Source of the DNA: Mantamonas sphyraenae STR306
Taxonomy: Eukaryota; Protista; CRuMs
Assembly: GCA_026936335.1 (NCBI GenBank)
Contig: JAPMXV010000067.1
Span: forward strand, 1 to 64,000
Length of the DNA: 64,000 nucleotides
Direction of reading: 5' to 3'
Position numbers and translations under genes: made by a program. Below, piece by piece: positions 35,966-46,939 of this stretch (positions are counted from its first letter, which is position 1; each line of letters begins with the position of its first letter). The notes beneath the pieces were generated by a model, which was not told the origin of the DNA, ran no database searches, and saw only the letters and a list, made by a program, of their open reading frames with translations.

Positions 35966-36973
35966 ATGTCCACCACTGCAAAGTCCACTCTGCCCACCAC
36001 CATGATGGCTGTCCGTGTCCATGAACACGGCGACAGCGAAAAGCTCGTCTACGAGGAGGTCGAAGTGCCCTCCCTCCAACCCGGCGAGGTCCTCGTCCGC
36101 AACGCCGTCGCGGGCGTCAACTTCATCGACACCTACCACCGCAGCGGCATCTACCCGCGCGAGCTGCCCTTTGTTGTCGGCCGCGAGGGTGCCGGCGAGG
36201 TTGTCGCTGTCGCCGAGGACGGCGTCGAGTCCATCGCTTTGGGCGACAACGTCGCCTACTTTGGCTTTCCGGCCTATGCCCAGTACACTGCAGTCAAGGC
36301 CGACAAGTGCGTGGCCATCCCAGACTCCATCGACACAAAGACTGCCGGTGCCGTCCTCCTCCAGGGCCTCACTGCACACTACCTCGCCACCTCCTCCTTT
36401 GAAATCAAAGAGGGCCACACCGTCCTCATTCACGCCGGCGCAGGCGGCACAGGCGGCCTCCTCATCCAGATGGCCAAGATCCGAGGTGCCACCGTCATCA
36501 CCACCGTCTCCACAGAGGCCAAGGCGGATGTGGCCCGTGGCCATGGCGCAGACCATGTCATCAACTACACCCAGGAAGACTTTGTCCAAAAGGTCCTCGA
36601 AATCACAGACAACAAGGGCTGCCACGCCGTCTACGACGCCGTCGGCAAAGCCACCTTTGACCAGAGTCTCGAGTGTGTCGGTCTCCGTGGCTCTCTCGTC
36701 TCCTTTGGCCAGGCCTCGGGCCTTGTCGAGCCCTTTGTCATCAACCGCCTCGCTGCACGCTCCATGACCCTCATCCGCCCCAAACTCGGCGACTACATTT
36801 CCACACGCGAAGAATTCGACCAGCGCTGCGAAGAGCTGTTTGCCTGGATTGCCGACGGCAGCGTCAAGGTTCAGGTTGGCAACTCCTACGCCCTCGCCGA
36901 TGCAAAGGACGCCCACGATGCCCTTGAAGGCCGCAAAACCACAGGCAAGGTTGTTTTTGACTTTGAAATGTAA
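35966..36973 (+). CDS. NADPH:quinone oxidoreductase (zeta-crystallin/QOR, MDR family)
   Basis: Motifs GVNFIDTYHRSGIY, GREGAGEV, LLQGLTAHYL, HAGAGGTG, VYDAVGKATFDQSL, SFGQASG, LEGRKTTGK. Confidence 0.95.
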   Translation: MSTTAKSTLPTTMMAVRVHEHGDSEKLVYEEVEVPSLQPGEVLVRNAVAGVNFIDTYHRSGIYPRELPFVVGREGAGEVVAVAEDGVESIALGDNVAYFGFPAYAQYTAVKADKCVAIPDSIDTKTAGAVLLQGLTAHYLATSSFEIKEGHTVLIHAGAGGTGGLLIQMAKIRGATVITTVSTEAKADVARGHGADHVINYTQEDFVQKVLEITDNKGCHAVYDAVGKATFDQSLECVGLRGSLVSFGQASGLVEPFVINRLAARSMTLIRPKLGDYISTREEFDQRCEELFAWIADGSVKVQVGNSYALADAKDAHDALEGRKTTGKVVFDFEM

Positions 36974-36991
36974 TCAATAATCTCCGTCTTC

Positions 36992-39900
36992 TCACAAATA
37001 CGACGGACTGAACCGGTTTGGCGAGTGCACCCTCCTGCGACTCCTCCTTGTCGGCGTCTCCTCCACCATCACCGTCAGCTTCTTCTTTCCCTTTGACTTG
37101 TCCTCCTCCTCCCCTGCCCCATCCTCCTCCTCCTTCTCCACCACCTCCTCCTCATCCTCATCCTCCTCCCTCCCTTTCACACCCCCACTCCTACCCTTGC
37201 CCCGACCCTTGCCCCGACCCTTGCCTTTACCCTTGCCCTTACCCTTGCCATCCTCTGCTTCATCTTCCTGCCCAGCACCCCTGCTCGCCCCCCCGGCCCC
37301 TGCTGTCTTGTACTCCTTCGCCTCCAGGCTGCTCTTGGCCTTCTTGCGTGGCGACCGTCCACGTCCCTTGGCCCTGCTACGCGTCACACGCTTCCCTGCA
37401 GGCGACTTCTCGTCCATCGCCTCTTCCAGCGCCTCGGCTTCTCGCGCCTCCTCCTCCGCGTCGCTCTCGTCCTCCTCCTCTCCTTCTCCTGCCCGCCGTT
37501 TCCTCCCGTCGTTCAGAAACAGCGACCGATTCGTCGGCGCGTCCTCGTCCATCCCGTCGCCCGATGTCTCCTTTGCATCGCTGCTCAACGACTCGTCGCC
37601 TCGTCGCGGCGTTGCTCGCAGCAGCTCAGGCGACTTGAGCAGCGGCCGCGGCGAAGCAACCACCGCAAGTGCGGATTGATCCGCCGGCCGACGCCCTGCC
37701 CCTGTCCGTTTTGGATGCACAGCCACAGGCGACAGTGGGCTAAACACAGGATCTTTGTAGCCCTGCCCACTCTTCCCTGTCCCCACAATCGTCTCGGCGA
37801 GCACTTTGCTGCGCCGCTCGGGCGCCGCCGCCTGCGCCTCAATCATCTCCACCTGCACCCGCGGCAGCTGCGCCTTGATTGCCGTCCACATCTCCTCCAC
37901 CTTGGGAGCATCCACATGCTTGCCGTTTTCCCCGTTTTGCAGCTCGGCCAGCACGCTGCACGCCTCCACGTACTTGTTGCGCTTCAGGTAGTACACAGCC
38001 AGATGGGCGAGATTCAGCGACAAGTCCTTCTCGTTGTTGCGCACAAATGCCACAAAGCAACGTTCCTCCAGCGTGTCCAGTGGCAGGCTCACGAGCATCC
38101 GCACGTCTTTGCTCACACACATCATGTGTGCAAAGAAGTGGAACAACAGCGTCTGGCGCATCTTGTCTGCGATATGCTCCTGCAGCGATGCCTCCTTGGC
38201 ACAAGTACGTTGGAAAAAGAATGCCTCTTGCACGCGTCCGCACCCGTTCAGCACCGCCATGTGCGTCACCATGTCCTGCAGCGTCTCCAGCTTCGGCGCA
38301 CACGCTCGATACACCGTGTGTGCACACTCCATGTGCGCTGCGTCCCGTGCTGCGTCTGCAAACGCACGGTACACAAGTCCCGGCCACTCCACGTTTTCCA
38401 GTTTGCAGCTTGCAAACCACTGCGCCGCCTCACGCAGCGCCTCCAACGACTCGCCGGCCTCCTGCGACGCGCTCACCTCGCTGTCCCAGTAGCTGTCCAG
38501 CGCATAGTACGCCCCCACCAGCTGCCTGTACGATGTGCTGATGCGAAACCGTGCACAGTACCCGTCAATCAGCTCCGGCCGGTGGTGATGCAGCCAGTAC
38601 AACAGGATGCACTGCTTCAGATCAAACTCCGCCGCCGCATCCCCAGCCGCAAACATGTTCAGCATCACAAATGCGTCCCGGGGATACATGCTCTCGCGTT
38701 CCGGGTCTTCAAGATTCAGCCCAAAACTCACCCGGTGCGCGTCCTGGCTCAGCGATCCGATCAGCAGGTCCACAAACAGCGCCGCCTCGCTCTCTCCTCC
38801 CTCTTCGCCTGCCGCTGCACCCGCCGACGACGATGCTCCCTGTGCCTCACATCGCATGTTGTTGGACACCATCGCCCACTTGCGGTGTGCCTTCACTCGG
38901 TTTTCCCTGCGCGCCATGAAGCGGCGTGCATCCTCCTGCAGCTGTTGCTGTGCCACACTCAAATCATCCAACAGGCCGTTGGCATAGAACCACTGAGCAA
39001 CCTCCAGCCTCTGCCACGTCAGCGTAATCTCCGCCAACTTGGTTTCCAGGTTGCTGTTGCCCGTGGCCGTGCTCAGTCGCGACAGCAGCGTCTTGAAGAT
39101 TGTGTAAAGAGTGGACAGACGCGTCCACGCTGTGTGAAACACGTTCTCCTCCGCCGTCTGTTCCTCGGCCAAGATGGCGTCGTACGCTTCGTCCAACACG
39201 TCTCGCACCTGCTCGAACCGCTTCCACGCCCATTTCAGCACCACAATCGGGTTGCTCAACACATACTGATCCTGTTCCTCCAGCGAGCTGGCGATCGACG
39301 ACTGGCTGCGCTGCGTAATAAACGCACAAACAGCCCCACTTCGCCCGTTTTCCAGCGCCACGTCCAACAGCGCACACAGCTGGTCGTCTGGCGTGTCCAG
39401 TGCCACTCGTTCCGGCAGCAGCGTGCACTCGCGCATCCGGTGCAATGTCTCCACCAGATTGGTGCCCAGAAACGGCGTCGCGCTGCTTGCAAACGCACTC
39501 AACGCAACTTCCGGTTCGCTCCGCACCGCGTACGACAGCTCACGCGTGTCTGCCAGCAGCACAAAGGCACAGGAGAGCAGACACATCGATCGCCGCACTT
39601 CCTGTTGCTTCCGCGTCACCTTGGCGCCGCTGCCCACACCCACACCCACAGGCGCAAACGCAAACATCGACACACTCGACGTGTCCAGCGCCGCTGCACG
39701 TACACTCGGGTCGTGTTTGGGCAGAGGCACCTCCAGCGACCAGTGCATGTCTGCACTCACGTCCAGCACCACCAGGTGATGGCCGTCATCCGCCTCGGCC
39801 AGACACAAAGCCATGTTCAGCTCCTCCACAACCTCCACAGCGTGCACGTGGCCCGAACCACCGCCACAGCGCACCGCCCCCGCCCTACTACCCACAACCT

Positions 39901-40874
39901 CGACACAGGCTGCGTGTGCGTGGTGTGTCATCAGCCTGTGGCTTCCGGTGGCCAACAACACCCCTCCGTCCGGAAGTTGTGCCAAGTGTGTCACCGGTCC
40001 CTTTGCCGACGCCTTCTTCCACCCCACCAGTCCCGTCGGCTCCTCCACTTGGTTGGCTTTCAACACCTGGCCATCTGCCAGCCCCACCAGAAGCGAGTGT
40101 TCCGTCACTGCCAGCGCGGTGATCAGCCCTTCGCTTCCGGCACGCCCCACCTCGCTCACCTCCTCGTCAAACGAATCTGCCACCACACACAGCCGCCCGT
40201 CGGTGGTGCCCAACAGCACTCGCGCGTGTGCTGCGTCTGCCACTGCACACGCCACCAAAAACTGCGTGTCCATCTGCACCTCCACGTTGCCCGACGCCGT
40301 GTTCACAACCACCAGCGTGCATGACTCGGCCGACGTCGACACAATCACAAGCAGCTGATCCGCACTCACTGCACACACATCCACCACAATTGCCGTCTGT
40401 CCTCACCAGCCCCGCTGCCTCGTTAGCCCCTCCTTGGCCTTTTGCATTTTGGCGCGCCAAATCCCCCTCCCCTTTCCCCGCTGCCATCCCATCCTCCTCC
40501 TCCTCTTTCCCCTTTCCCACACTCACCTCTTCAAACATGTCCACCAGTGACAGCGTGTACAGCAGCTGGTGCGAGTGCCGCAGATACACGTGCAGCTGGT
40601 GCGCAAAGCCGATCCAGTAGTAGTTGCGATCAGCGCTGTATCCTGCCACAGGACCCATAGTCAGCTGCAGCTTCCCGTACGCCACATTCAACACGTGGGT
40701 TGCATGCGACCGCGTGTCCACTGTGCTGTGCACCACAGACACCCGCGACTCCTCCTGCTCCAGCCCCACGTGCTGTTCCGTGTCTTCAAACACCGCCACA
40801 TCCTTTGGATACCGTGCGTGTGCCGACGAAAACGCAGGCGGACTGTGAGCAAACTGTTTCTGCAAACTCGCCAT
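36992..40874 (-). CDS. Nucleoporin ELYS/MEL-28-like; complement(join(36992..40396,40527..40874))
   Basis: N-terminal beta-propeller-like region. Helical ELYS motifs ILLYWL…FRISTSYRQLVGAYYALD, EAFFFQR, LVSLPLDTLEE and YYLKRNKYVEA. Basic/acidic tail with SP/TP sites and GRG repeats. Phase-0 intron GTGAGT…GCTAAC…CAG at 40397..40526. Confidence 0.8.
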
Positions 40875-40934
40875 TATTCCTTTCTTCGGCTCCCGTTTCC
40901 CTTGCGCCGGTGCGTGCAGCTCCACCCCGCACAC

Positions 40935-41447
40935 ATGTCCCGCAAGCGCTCCGACCTCAGCGACGACGAAGCGGACGTGTTTGACATTGACGAGCACGGT
41001 CTGGAACACAGGGTCTCCAGAAGCCGTGCACGCAGGGAGAAGCGAGCTCGCTACGACAACGCCGCCGCCTCCTCGTCAAGTTCCATCTCCCCGGCTTGCC
41101 CTTGCTCTGCCGGCTTTCTTCTCGTCGGCGCAGGCGTACTCGTCAAAGAGGGCGACCGAGAGTGCTACGACGAAAACATCGGCGACCGTCTCATCAACAT
41201 GCGCCTCTACTCACAGATCACCTTTCTCGACGCCGTCGACATTGCCGTCGCAGGCCAAGACGGAAAATTCGCTGGACGAGCACTCGCCAACGTCGCCGAG
41301 TTTTGGCGCTGGAGCGACGTCCACATGGCACAGATCCGCTGTCTCTGTGTCGGTTATCTTATTCCCAGCATGGACGATCTGCATGCCCAGTGTGTCGACG
41401 CCGTCGGTGCTCTCCTCGGCACCCACCAACAGACTCCGCACATGTGA
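40935..41447 (+). CDS. Hypothetical protein, 170 aa
   Basis: ATG-started ORF that fills the gap between ELYS and ES1. It has coding-like codon usage, a charged N-terminus (MSRKRSD…RREKRARY) and a globular-looking C-terminal half. Confidence 0.6.
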   Translation: MSRKRSDLSDDEADVFDIDEHGLEHRVSRSRARREKRARYDNAAASSSSSISPACPCSAGFLLVGAGVLVKEGDRECYDENIGDRLINMRLYSQITFLDAVDIAVAGQDGKFAGRALANVAEFWRWSDVHMAQIRCLCVGYLIPSMDDLHAQCVDAVGALLGTHQQTPHM

Positions 41448-41514
41448 CCCAGAGTCCTGTGCAAAATGCATTCCATTGTTGCCAATCCCCCTTGTGCCCT
41501 CAACATGCCCCCCT

Positions 41515-42303
41515 TCACTTTCCCAAGCTCTTGTTGCGCTCCACCAGCGCCAGAACCTCCTTGACCATCTCCCCGACCGCCTTGAACACCACCGCCGGCG
41601 TCGTGTTGGCCATGTACGCTGGCACAGTCACCACTTGCTGGTCCTCGTCCACCACAGCTTCCACAGGTGTGTGGATGTCCACGTGCTTCGCTCCCATGGC
41701 GGTGCACGCCTCGGCCGTCCCTGCATATGGCCACATCTCGTCCCCCTCCCGGCACTCCTTGCCCACGGTCAGCACCACACTCTTTTCGCCCAACACGTTG
41801 GCTGCCAGCACCGGTGAGATGCAACACAGGCCCACCGGCCGTTCAAGGTTGTTGAAGCCGCGGATCACTGCCTTCACATCTGCCCTCACCATCATCCCAG
41901 CTCCCTTCACAGCAAAGTCGCTCAAATTCTTGGCTGCTCCGAACCCACCCACGAATAGCACAGCGTCATGGTCTTGCCCGTCCAGCTCAGAAAGCGCACG
42001 CACCTGCCCTCTTGCAATTCTCGCACTTTCCACAAGCACGTTTCGTTTCTCCGGCATTTCCTCGCCCGTAAGATGATTCACCACGTGCATCTGCTCCATG
42101 TCCGGCGCAAACATCGTCGTTTTGACTCCTGCCTGGTCCAGATGGATCAGCGCACTCACGGCCTCTGTGATCTCGCTTCCGTCGTACACCCCCGAGCCAC
42201 TCAGCACCAACGCCACGCTTGTCTGCTCGCCCCCGGCTGCTGCGCCTGACGACGCACACACTCGGCTCACTTGCACTGCTTTGCTCGACGTTCGCTTGAA
42301 CAT
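41515..42303 (-). CDS. ES1/ElbB/GATD3-like DJ-1/PfpI (class I glutamine amidotransferase-like) protein, probably mitochondrial
   Basis: Motifs VALVLSGSGVYDGSEITEA, FAPDMEQMHVVNH, RNVLVESARIARG, GGFGAAKNLSDFA, PVGLCCISPVL. The R/S-rich N-terminus resembles a transit peptide. Confidence 0.95.
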   Translation of the reverse strand: MFKRTSSKAVQVSRVCASSGAAAGGEQTSVALVLSGSGVYDGSEITEAVSALIHLDQAGVKTTMFAPDMEQMHVVNHLTGEEMPEKRNVLVESARIARGQVRALSELDGQDHDAVLFVGGFGAAKNLSDFAVKGAGMMVRADVKAVIRGFNNLERPVGLCCISPVLAANVLGEKSVVLTVGKECREGDEMWPYAGTAEACTAMGAKHVDIHTPVEAVVDEDQQVVTVPAYMANTTPAVVFKAVGEMVKEVLALVERNKSLGK

Positions 42304-42369
42304 TGCTTTTTGATGCGATGCCCCGCCGCATCGCAACTGCAACCACTCCATTTTGCAGTGCACCCTCCC
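42304..42369. promoter_or_regulatory. Candidate 66-bp bidirectional promoter region (ES1 / F-box-WD40) containing two adjacent inverted repeats
   Basis: Lies between divergent ATGs. Repeats are TGCGATGC(42314-21)/GCATCGCA(42328-35) and ACTGCAA(42336-42)/TTGCAGT(42353-59). Confidence 0.45.
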
Positions 42370-43848
42370 ATGTCAGACTCTCCCGAGGACTCCATGGACA
42401 CCGAGGGATCACCGAATCTCACCTCCCATCTCTCGGGTGCTTCCGTCGAAGAGCTCCTCGCCCTGGACGTGTTTGAGGACGACGACGACGACCTTGCCTC
42501 CGACAACGACACGTCCCTCCTTCTCTCTCTTCCGGAAGAGGTCTTTCTCCACATCCTCTCCTTCCTCGACGCCCCAGACCTCGTTGCCATGGCCCAGGTC
42601 TGCCGTCTCACACACACTCTCTCGGCGGACCCTTTCCACTGGCACCATCTCGTCCTGCGCGACTGGGTTCGCCGCTGGCACACTCCACTTCCAAAAGCCT
42701 ACAAACAAGACGCCGACCTCGCTTCCAACGCACATGCCATCGACTGGCGCGAGCACTATGTCGAGCGAACCCGCATCCACCAACGCTGGAACGACGGCGA
42801 TGTCACACGGAAATTCCGTCTCCCGGCAAGCACCAACGGACCCCTCTTCAACGTCAAATTCATGGAGGACGATCTCCTTGTGTGCAGTGGACAGGCCACA
42901 GAAGTCACCGTCGTCAACTGGCGAAAAGAAGAGGTTGAGGCCCGCATCGACGTTCACTCCCAGGGCTCCCTGGGCATGGGCTACGACCCGCTCAACAAGC
43001 GTGTGCTTTATGGCGATTTCGCAGGCCATGTCCAGCTCGTCGACCTGCGCCTTGACACACCCAAGCGTGATGTGCTTCAGTCCATGCGCATCCGCGAGTT
43101 GAAGGATCTGCTCGGCGACGCCGGCGTGCGCTACGACGACTGTCTGGAAAAGAGCGACCTTGTCAACCGTGCCGCTGCACGTCTACCACGCTACAAACCC
43201 AAGGCCACTCTCTACGGCCACCAGGGGGTCGTCGTTTCCCTCCAGCTCGACGCCCAGGGCGACAACAACCGCCTCGCCACCTGTTCCTTTGACCACACCC
43301 TTCGCCTGTGGGACATCGAACGCAAGGAGTGTCTCTCTGTGCTCGAAGGCCACGTTGGTCCTGTCGACGATTGCAGACTGTTCGGCGATCGACTCATCAG
43401 CTCCGGCCACGACGTCCACATCCGCCTCTGGGATCTCAACCGCAACGAACAGCTGCACGCATGGTCCTTCCAACAGTCCTGGATCTGGAATTGCGACTGG
43501 GACAACCAAAACACCGTCGTCAGCGCAGCATGCGACGGCACAGCCGTGCAAATCGACCTCCGCCAAGGCACCGACCAGAGCCCAACCTATCTCGGCTACG
43601 CATCCGCCGAGATCTCAGGCCTCCATGTCGACTTTGACAACGGCCCCATTCTCATCAGCTCCTTTGACGGCTCCGTCCGCCAGTACGACCTCCGCAAACC
43701 GGGCGACCTTGTCTGGAAAAGCCTGGTCACCGCCTCTCGCTGCACACGCCTCGACAAAAACGCAGACGCCGTCGCCGTCGGCTCATTCGACGGCAAACTT
43801 GCCGTTTTGCGCTTCGACGATGTCCAACAACAAACAAACAAACAGTGA
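42370..43848 (+). CDS. F-box/WD40-repeat protein with an inserted SAP-like helical motif
   Basis: F-box LLSLPEEVFLHILSFLDAPDLVAMAQVCR. WD40 repeats GH…TCSFDHTLRLWD and GH…SSGHDVHIRLWD. Insert MRIRELKDLLGDAGVRYDDCLEKSDLV. Confidence 0.92.
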   Translation: MSDSPEDSMDTEGSPNLTSHLSGASVEELLALDVFEDDDDDLASDNDTSLLLSLPEEVFLHILSFLDAPDLVAMAQVCRLTHTLSADPFHWHHLVLRDWVRRWHTPLPKAYKQDADLASNAHAIDWREHYVERTRIHQRWNDGDVTRKFRLPASTNGPLFNVKFMEDDLLVCSGQATEVTVVNWRKEEVEARIDVHSQGSLGMGYDPLNKRVLYGDFAGHVQLVDLRLDTPKRDVLQSMRIRELKDLLGDAGVRYDDCLEKSDLVNRAAARLPRYKPKATLYGHQGVVVSLQLDAQGDNNRLATCSFDHTLRLWDIERKECLSVLEGHVGPVDDCRLFGDRLISSGHDVHIRLWDLNRNEQLHAWSFQQSWIWNCDWDNQNTVVSAACDGTAVQIDLRQGTDQSPTYLGYASAEISGLHVDFDNGPILISSFDGSVRQYDLRKPGDLVWKSLVTASRCTRLDKNADAVAVGSFDGKLAVLRFDDVQQQTNKQ

Positions 43849-43894
43849 CAAACACACAGGCATTTCATCGTCCCTCACCACACCTCACCTCACC

Positions 43895-46800
43895 TCACCT
43901 TGTCTGCAACACCACCATGCGCCCATTCACATCGCCCACATACATCTTGCCACCATCCATCGTCACACTCGACACGCCTGCATCGCCCACCCACTCCACC
44001 ACCAGTTCCATCTCCATCGAACGACCGAATCCCCCGTTGCCGCTCACCACGTTCCACACAGCCACTCGCCCGTCCTGCCCACTGGTCACCACATTCACGC
44101 CACTGTGGCCCATCTCCAGCACATGCAGCGACAGCACAGGCTCCTCGTGCGCCTGGCACTCGTACACCAGCGACCTCCCCGACACAGACCAAACCTTGAC
44201 CATCCCGTCCATACCTGCACTCACCACATACGACTCGTTCTCGCTCAGTTGCACCTCGGTCACACGTCCCTTGTGCGATCCCAGCTCTCGCTTTGTCTGG
44301 TTGCTCAGTGCATACGGCAACACCGTCACCGTGCCGTCCCAGCTTCCAACCACCGCCACCTCCCCACTTGCGCTGGCGTCCACACACGACAACCAGTCGT
44401 TCATAAACACCTCGTTGCACACGTCCAATTGCTCGTAGTAGAAACGGTGCACAAACAGCCGGTAATCCCAACCCACCGAAAACAACACCGTCCCGCTCTT
44501 GTTCCAATGCACCGCCTTGGCTGCCGTCGCATGCTGCACTGTCGTCACCTTGCTCGATCCACCCGCTGCGTCCAGCTTCCACACAACCACCTGTCCGTTG
44601 TCCGCACTCGTCGCAAGCATCTCACCACACGCGCGCCACGCCACCCCCGTGCCCGCTCCCCCCAACGATCGCTTCACGTTCACATTGCGCACCTCTTCGT
44701 CCCACACCAGCAGCTGTCCGTCCTGGCCCACGCTTGCCACACGCCCACTCAGCACGCTGATTCCGTTCACACGCTCGCCGTGGCCCACAAACTCGGAACG
44801 CACCCCGGCGTCCCACACCTTGACCCGCTTGTCTTCCGCTGCACTCACAATCTTGCCCTGCTTCCAATCCACACTGCCCACCCCGTCTTCGTGGCCCGTC
44901 AGGCTCACCAGCTTGCTTCCCGCGCGTGCAAACCAGATCTTCATGCTGCAGTCGTCCGATGCACTCACCACGTGCACTCCATCGCGTGTGTACATCACAC
45001 AGTTCACCCTATCCTCGTGGCCGTGCATCGTGTTGATTTCCACCCCGCTCTGTGCGTCCCACAGCTTCAGCGTCCCGTCAAAGCTGCTGGTCGCAATCGT
45101 CACCTCGTTCGGGCTAAACACCGCGTCCGACACCGCTCGCTGGTGGCCACCAAGCACCACATTGTACACTTCGTCTTCCGATTCCTCCTCCGGGTCCTTG
45201 GTTGCATCCCACAACTTCACCGTAAAGTCCCAGCTGCACGTCAGCAGACGCTCCACCTGTTTGCCGAAGCGGGCACTCGTCACCCAGTCCATGTGTGCCG
45301 TAAACGCATGCTGCACCTGCATCGACTCCAAATCATACATCACCACCTGTTTGTCCCGCCCGGCACTCACCAGCGTCCCCTCTTCATCCCCGCTGATCGA
45401 TGAGAACGCCACGCTGTTCACACGCCTCGTGTGTTCGTTAAACACCGCCCGCAGCGCCTTTCCGTTCCCGCTCACAATCGCCTCCACAGACCACACACGC
45501 ACCGAAAAGTCGTCCGACCCGCTTGCAATCCACTTTCCGTTCGGGCTCGCCGCCACACACGTCACCGCCTCGCTGTGGCCTTCGAGTTCCATCACCTCAG
45601 TGCCACTTGCTGCGTTCCAAACCTTCAGCACACGGTCTTCGCCACTTGTCACCAGCATCTCCACGCCTGCGTATGCAAAGTACGCCAACCCGGTCACATT
45701 GGCCGCGTGTGCTTCCCACTTGCTCGTCACACGCCCTCGCGACATGTCCATCACACGCACCGTGCCGTCGTTCATCGCACATCCCACCAGATGATCGCTT
45801 CCAGGCACCATCTCCATCCTGTTCACCCACGATGTGTCGCCCGTCGTAAACTCGCGCACCAGCCGCCCACCCAGCGCATCCCACTGCACCATCGTGCCGT
45901 CGTACAGGCCTGCCACAATCTGTTTCCCGTCGTCGCTGAATCGACACGTGTTCACAGCCTGACCCTTGCCATTCAGCGTCACCAGCTGCTTCCCGTTCGA
46001 CACCTCCCAAATGCGCACCGTCCCGTCCATCGACGCCGTCGCCATCTGGTGCCCGTTTGGCGCAAAGCACACATCCCGCACGCTCTTGCTGTGGCCCACC
46101 ATCGTCGTCGCCTTTTCTTCCTTTTCCACGTCCCACACAATCGTCGTGCTGTCCCACGACCCGCTCGCGAGCAACGACCCGTCCTTGTTGAATGCCAGCG
46201 ACGTCACCGGCTTGTTGTGACCACGCAGCGTGCACTTCTCACGCTCCTTGTTTCCTCCCCCACGTCCGCCGCCGCGCGCAGATCGCTTCCCTGCAATGTG
46301 GTGGCCCAGTTCCCACAGCTTCACCACACTGTCCCACCCGCCCGTCGCCAGCAACCGCCCGTTTCCACTAAACGCCAGCGTTGTCACACGTCGTCGATGT
46401 CCCTCGAAAATGCGCACCTGCGCTCCGGTCTCCATGTCCCAGATGCGTGCTGTGCAATCCCACGAGCCACTCGCAAGGTAAGCGTCGTCCGGCGACCACA
46501 CCACGTCGCACACTGCGTTCACATGGCCCAGCAGACGCAGCTCCTGCTCGCCCGTCTCTGCGTTCAGCACGCGCACCGTGTTGTCCTGCAGCGCAACTGC
46601 CATCCTCTTTCCGTCGTTCGACACACGTGCTTGCAACACAGGCCTCTCAAACCCGCCCAGTGTCAACACACACGCCCCACGCGCCTGCGGCTTGTTCAAC
46701 CACGCCAGCCACGGCCCAGGTGCACTGCTCGCCTGCGCAACCTGAGCCACCAGCGATGCGTCCGCCTCGTTCGACGCCATCTGATACGTCAGCTCCGCAT

Positions 46801-46907
46801 GCTGCGTCAGCTCCTCCGATCGACTCATCACAAAGAACTGAAAGTCCTCCACCAGCTCACGCAGATTCTCCACGCCGCCCACATCGTCGCTTCCACCACC
46901 ACCACTG

Positions 46908-46939
<32 letters not shown>

